DNA of 64,000 nucleotides from the human T2T-CHM13v2.0 reference genome, Homo sapiens: NCBI RefSeq assembly GCF_009914755.1, contig NC_060929.1; one strand, 5' to 3'. Shown piece by piece: positions 57,201 to 64,000 of this stretch (position 1 is its first letter; each line of letters starts with the position of its first letter). The notes under the pieces were generated by a model. It saw only the letters and a program-made list of their open reading frames with translations, ran no database searches and was not told where the DNA came from. The position numbers and the translations under genes were made by a program.

Positions 57201-59156
57201 CATAAGAGGACATCTGTATCAAAAACACCATTAAAAGATGAAATTCTTTAGTGGGAGAAGATATTTGCAAAACTTTAGTTGTGAATATGCTCATATATGG
57301 AATATATCAAGAACTTCTACAAAGTCAGCATAACTGTTCACCAGTGTAGTCTTTTATGAATTAGTATATAGTATATAGGATTCAGATTTCAACCATGTCA
57401 TATTTATTTGAAAGAAGGAAACCTCTCACCAACATTGTCACATTGGCACAAACAACATAGGCATGTGGTAGAATTATTTTGATTTTTTTTTAAAGAAATT
57501 CATCTTGTTATATCCTTCAAAGGAAAGTCAAGGCCAGACAGTCTAAGATACAGGAATAGAGGGTCATGAAGGAAATACAATTTGGATTAAATGTATAAAC
57601 AGTGTTGGAAGAGTTAAAGATGAAGGACATGCAATGGCAATAGTTTCAGAGGAGCTTCAAATCCTGGAGTTAAAAATTCCACAGGAGGACAAAGGAAAAT
57701 TAAAATGTACTTTTTGAAGTTTTCCTGAAGGGTTCCATCTTTTTCTGATGAACTTTTATCTTCTATTAAGTAAGAAAATGATTTTACTTTTTCTCCTATA
57801 CTACATAACTCTATCTTTCTACCATGTGTTGATATATTTATGGTAGGATATAATCTACCATAAAAGTGGTAAAGTATAAATAAGTTGATAATATAGTTTA
57901 ATAATAAATAGGTGGAGATTTCCTTCAGACATCCAAAATAAACTATGTATACCAACTGTAGTTTGTTGATAGAATGAGTGTTGTTTTTTATCCCTAAACA
58001 AGAGAGTTAGAAATGATTTTCACTGGTACTACAACCCTTTAAAATATTGATGCTCTTTAACATCTGGTTCATAACTGCTAACAGTTACACAATAGAGCAA
58101 AAATGACGGGTTAATTAATTCATGAATTACTACATCATGTAACTCTGGAAGAACTAATACAGCTTAACATATAGACATATGAGTGGTTGAGGGAAATGGG
58201 AAAGGAGAACTGAGAACAGAAAAAGCAAGATGGAGGCAAAAGCAACAAAAATGAACTACATTCATGCCAGGAGGACCCATCCATTTGCATGAAGTAGGTC
58301 ACAAATTTAGCTTCATTTTCTAGTGCATTGAGTAAGACACAGGTGAATTTACTGATCTCATGCATTTCTTACCAATCAGGTAGAAGAACTCACCTGATTC
58401 CCAAGAGAAACAAAATGAGATTAAAGAGTAATATTTCTTATGAGTCTCATAAAGAGGACACAGCATTACATAACAACCTTTTAGTAAATAAAACAGTAGA
58501 TTACATAACTTTGTTTCTAATAATGGAAAAACAAAACTTTACAGGAAGCCAATATTGTAGCTGTACTCATCTTGCTGCTATTGCTCTAGAAGAAATAATA
58601 ATCTTTATATCTTCCAGGCAATCTATAATAAATGTAATTTCTCTTAGCTGACATTTTAATAACTAATTTGTAGCAGTAGGTTTAAGAGGAAAACAAAGTG
58701 CAGCTATTCTGTTGAGTTAAACTGTAGAACCACTTGTGTTAACATTCAGGCAAGTTGGCAATAGAATTAATATACTTTCATGGAAGCTGAAGACCATGAC
58801 AAAAGTAAGTACTGAAAGAGAGGGCCAGCCTATGTCCTCTGCATGGAGAAAGGCCAAGGAGAGATTTTTGGACTGGGCCAAGACATTCCTCAAGAAGTGG
58901 TTTTGGGTTTGACAAAGCAGACAAATGGGGCCTCAAAACCACAGGTTCTACCTAACAGAGCATGGCTATAGTTACTTTAGTACGGAAAAATATATAACTC
59001 TATTTATAGATTTTATAAACTATATTATTTTATAGTATTTTATAAATTATATTTATAATTATATATACTATATATTTATAACATATATATTTTACCACAT
59101 AGTTTACTTAGAAAATCTCAGTAACATATTCATACAGCATTCCACTTAGAGTAAAA

Positions 59157-59731
59157 CAGCAGGTCCCAGAATGTTATTTCATTCAAGGTCATTTCTTTGT
59201 AATATTGAGAAAAAAATCAATTCTCAGCTGGGGTCACTGTCTGCATAGGGATTTTGACATTCTCCCCATGTTTGTGTGGGCTTTCTCTGGTTCTGCTTGT
59301 TTCCTCCCGCATCCCAAAGATAGTCATGCTAGACAAATCAGTGTGTCTATATGGTCCTAGTCTCAGTGAGTGTGGGTGTGTGGAGTTTGCCTTGTGTTGA
59401 GACGGTGCTCTGTCCATGGCTGATTCCTGCTTTGCACCCTGAGCTGCTGGGATAGACTACCCTGAACTAGAATAAACAGGTAAATCATTATCTTACTTGT
59501 TTTTATTAATCTTTTTAAAATGTGTGAATAGCTTACATATATTTCAAAATTTAATATTAGAAGTGTTTCAGTTTTTATTTAGAAGTTTGGTGATGTTTTT
59601 GTGACCAGAAATACACTACAGGAACTTAACCCATTCATTAGCGTATGGTAAAATTGGTTTTGTTACAGGTCATTTTGGTTAAGGTCACAGTTTCCAAGAA
59701 CCTATTGATAATATTAAGTGAGAGCTTACAG
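59157..59731 (+). mobile_element. MER6A (TcMar-Tigger family)
   Basis: cagcaggtccc…ttctccccatgtttgtgtgggctttctctgg…tttcctcccgcatcccaaagat…acagtttccaagaacctatt matches recalled MER6A. Confidence 0.8.
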
Positions 59732-61393
59732 TCACCTTTCTGGTCTTTCCTCCAAGATAATCAGTTTGCAACATAAATACCTAGATAATTGCTTTAATTT
59801 GCTACAGAAGATTTAATATTGACCAGTTTATAGTTTAGGGTGGGTGGGGAGAGGTTCTAGTAATTCTTCAAAAGACTATCCCCTATGTTTGAACATGTCA
59901 TCTGCAGACAACATAATGCTTCAAATTCCTGAAAATGAATTAGTGATCATAGATTGTGTAATTGTCTCCTGGAAATAGCTACAAGTTAACCAGAGGTCCA
60001 CTTCTACCTGAATTATGAGAGTAAAATAACTTGGAATCTAATTCAAGATCAAATTTAACTATATCTCATGTTTCTTCAGAGACTTAAAAGTCATACAAAG
60101 TCAACAAAACCCATAATTTTGCTTTTCCTCAACTCTTTCTACAAGAAGATAAATTTAAAAAGTGGTCCATAGTGAACTAACTATAGCTACCATTTCCTTA
60201 GGTAGAATGTTGATATGAAAAGGCCAGCCTTCCAGTTTATCAAGAAAGAAACTTATACAGATAGTCTAAATGGAATGCCTACCAACCTGAAAATTTGGGG
60301 AAGTAAATGGTTGTCCCTAAAAATGGGATAAACTATATTGTGCATCCATACAGCAGGACTGCACCAACAAAGTTGATGAGGGTCTTTGAATAGTTTTAAT
60401 AAATCTAGTAGTAAATCTTCAGCAGCTGCCTTATTTACTTGAGATTTAAAAAATTATCTCTAGAACGTGCTGAACTATTATTAAGACCTCTTCAGAGAAC
60501 ACTCTTGAATTTGTAGAAAGACAGTTGAATTTGCTTTGTAGAGATGAGAAAATAAGCCTCCTGGGATGTTCACCTCGATGTAAATATTCACCTAAATCAC
60601 CCATTTTTTTTCTTATTTAAGATCTTCCAACATAAACTTATTTTACTGAGTTCAAGATAATGAATTTGTGTTAGATTTAAATTTAATAAGATCAAAGAGG
60701 CATCCTCTGATTTTAATTTCATACATGGAATTTCACCAGCTTTTTTCCCCCTTTTTGTCCTACTTTGGGACAAAATATTTTAACTCATAAATACATTGCA
60801 TATCTATGAACGGCTGTATTTCTATAACATAAAGGGAGAATAGATTATAAAAATTTTCAGTTTCTGAGTTCCTTCTTCACATAAAGGAGATAGTGGTTTC
60901 ACTCATTCTTTAAAGACAATAAAATAGAATAAAGGAATAAAATTCTCCAATAACTAGTCCTATGAAAATGTTAAAATTTCTGTAACTCAAGTTAATCAAA
61001 CTGGAGTAGGGAGCAGTCAAAAATAAATGTGACCTGAGGAAAGCAAATTGTAAAACATACGGCGAAAATTGAAAGTTATAAAGGTAAGTAGAAAAAAAGC
61101 ACTTACTAATAGTACCAGTAAAAGAAGTAAAGAAAAATGCATACTAGTTTTAGGCAGCTTGGGGAAAGAAAGATGAGGCTAAATAACATTGTCATTTATA
61201 TCTTTACAATGATAACACATTTTTTTTTGTCTAGGAATAAGAACTTGACTATGAACTCCCAAAGGGTTTGTAAGCTGAAAACTATTATAATCAAGATAGA
61301 AAAAGGAAAAAAATCTACTGACCATAAGAATTGTTCACCGTTAGTCTTATTTTCTTGTAGACTTTATGAACATTTCTTTCATAAAGACCCTTA

Positions 61394-61790
<397 letters not shown>

Positions 61791-62130
61791 TCATATGTGA
61801 GTACCTATCTTGTTACAGTGTGTGCTGTATGCTCTATATAAGCAATTTCGTTAAATTCTCAGAACAAAGATGGAGTCCTAGAGAATTCAGTGTTGTAGAG
61901 GTCAGAAAACATCCCACACATAGTGAGAGACAGAGACAGGAAGTCAGCCAGGATGGTCTGACTCTACACCATGCCTTTTCTCTATGCCATGCCTCCTTTT
62001 GGGGAAGAAATGGGAGTGTATCTGAATGTTCACGTCTCTTTCAGATGAAGCTAACAGTTCACCTGAAACAATGTGACATTTAATAAAAAAATGACACAGT
62101 CTTCTGTTTGAAAATAAACACGTTTCTTAC

Positions 62131-62306
62131 TTTTTGACTAATGAGAACAGGAGCATCATTTATGGAAGAGGCCCAGTTGACAAAGTCAGTCACATCAATC
62201 ACGGTTCCTCGGAGAAGCTTTTCTTTCAGTTCAAATGCATATTTTCTGGTTCCACCTCTTATGAGTGAAACAACATCATCTATGAGGTTTTCACTGGTGA
62301 TGTTTA
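62131..62306 (-). CDS. C9: Complement C9 exon 9 (MACPF)
   Basis: Acceptor CTCCTCAG|TA, donor AAA|GTAAGA, 176 nt. Translates (V)[58 protein letters not shown]. Phase is compatible with exons 8 and 10. Confidence 0.97.
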
Positions 62307-62839
62307 CTGAGGAGAGAAGGAAGATTTAAAGAGAAGCAGAAGAAGTTTAAAGAGAAGCCAGTTATCAAAAGGACATATGATAAACATTTATTGAGTCCTT
62401 TTAGTAAAATACAGCCTAATGTATTTATTAAATTTTAATTGTAAATATTGCTTATGCATTTTTTCACCTCAAATCTACAATGGAAATTTACATTAGTAAC
62501 CAGTTGTAGATTTCTGTCATCTCTTTTAAAAAATAAAAACGAAACCCATGGTCTAGATACACTGATAAATTCACAGCTCCTCACATACAAACATGTACTC
62601 ACGGGAACTAAATATGACTTTGGGTGTAATATATATTTTCTTTTGCAAACTTACCTTCATAATTATATTGTGTACATTTGCTTTGATATGTTTTAATATT
62701 ACAAAAAGAAGAGTTCAAAAAAGAATAAAGTGAAAAGTAACATTTCTTTCCACTCCCAAATCCTACCCATCGTTTCCCTCAGTGTCTCTCTGTAGATGAA
62801 GCCACTTTTAACAAAACTTTGTAAGTCTTTTACAGCTGT

Positions 62840-63030
62840 GAATTTTTAAAACTGGAAAGGAATTTCAAGATAATTTTTGTCATCCCCTCTTCATTTTTAT
62901 AGAAGAGAAATTGGAAACTTAGAGAGGTGGAGTGACTAGTCAGAGATCACACAGTTAGCTTAAGGACCAAATATAGAAATTATACCGTATAATGGCAAAT
63001 TCAGCTTTTTTCCACTACTTCATCATTGGT
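62840..63030 (-). mobile_element. MIR
   Basis: …catttttatagaagagaaatt…agagaggtggagtgact…agatcacacagttag…. Confidence 0.6.
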
Positions 63031-63743
63031 TTTTCAATCATGGACACATATTATTGGTTGGTATGCTTTTAAATATATCAGGTTTTTCCTCACTTTTGCC
63101 TCCCCACTACCAGTTGACTCTTCCTTTAAAGGTGAGCTTTAAGCATTTGTATTTTAAAAATGTTCTCAGGTATTTCTGATTAGAGGAAAAGTTGAGAACT
63201 CTAGCACTAATTCATGCTTGTAAATCTGCTAAAGATTAACAGTAGGAAGTAATATTTATACCAAACATATTTGTATTTTTGAAAAGGTTAGGCACCAATT
63301 TAAAGTTAAGGATGAATTAGGGATTTCAATTTAGATGGAAGGTGGAGTTGGGGAAATGGTTTTGGCCTTGTCCTTTGTTAATGGATGCACGAACATTGTC
63401 GCTTGCTTATTTGGAAGCTTTGTTAAAATTAGGGTGAAGAAAGGAAACTTTTTATGAAGATACTTTTTTACTATTGCCATAATAAATATACAAGTCTAAA
63501 ATGACTACCGTGTGAATCACACCCCCTTGAGTTGTGTACTGTACAACTGGCACAATAGTGATACTGGTGAATACATGTCCATGCGCTATCGGTGTTTATA
63601 GTGGTTTGAAAACCGCTTTAAATGTAAGATAGTTTTTAAGCACAAAGAGGACAGACAATTAAGAGGGCTCATTGCAAGAGGGCAGTGCTCATTGACATCT
63701 ACCCTCAGGCTTTATAAAATCTAACAAGTGAGGCCACACTTAC

Positions 63744-63872
63744 CAGCTCTACCCTCTCCCCTCTTTACACAATCATCTTTATTAAATTCAGCTCCAACAG
63801 AGATTTCAGAGAAAGCCAGAGATACATCCAGATGATACCCAAGGCATCTCTTTATGTCTTTTAGTTCAACAC
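63744..63872 (-). CDS. C9: Complement C9 exon 8 (MACPF domain, TMH2 region with the C380-C405 disulfide loop)
   Basis: Acceptor TTAAACAG|GT, donor GCTG|GTAAGT, 129 nt. Translates (G)VELKDIKRCLGYHLDVSLAFSEISVGAEFNKDDCVKRGEGRA, matching recalled human C9. Confidence 0.97.
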
Positions 63873-64000
63873 CTGTTTAATGAATTTATTTGAAAATTAT
63901 TAGATAATGTCTACCAACATCACAAATAAATTCCAATTTTGCTATTTTCAAGCAACATCCTTACTTAGGTTCCTATACACCATGACTAAATTCAAATGTG

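Overview
This is human (or near-identical great-ape) genomic DNA: AT-rich and dominated by repeats. On the minus strand are the last four exons of complement component C9 (exons 8-11 by recalled numbering, all GT-AG and in frame, ending ...ISEGLPALEFPNEK*) and the C9 3'UTR. From recalled synteny (chr5p13), the left ~30 kb should be the upstream promoters and first intron of FYB1/ADAP. Three candidate minus-strand first exons with haematopoietic TF motifs end at donors 6186, 26073 and 29908. The rest is Alu, L1 (including a full-length L1PA4-like copy with an intact ORF1), a doubly truncated SVA, MaLR LTRs, MER DNA transposons, MIR/L2 and simple repeats. No prokaryotic system, RNA gene or CRISPR array is seen. 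Most notable: (1) the C9 stop codon and 3'UTR look like a fossil C-terminal TSP1 domain, with W-x-x-W-x-x-W read as TAG/TGG/TGA; (2) an L1 antisense ORF0 reads through into a polypyrimidine tract; (3) several local templated insertions; (4) a speculative chain of plus-strand exon-like segments. Repeat subfamily names and gene context come from memory, not a search. Repeat boundaries are approximate.
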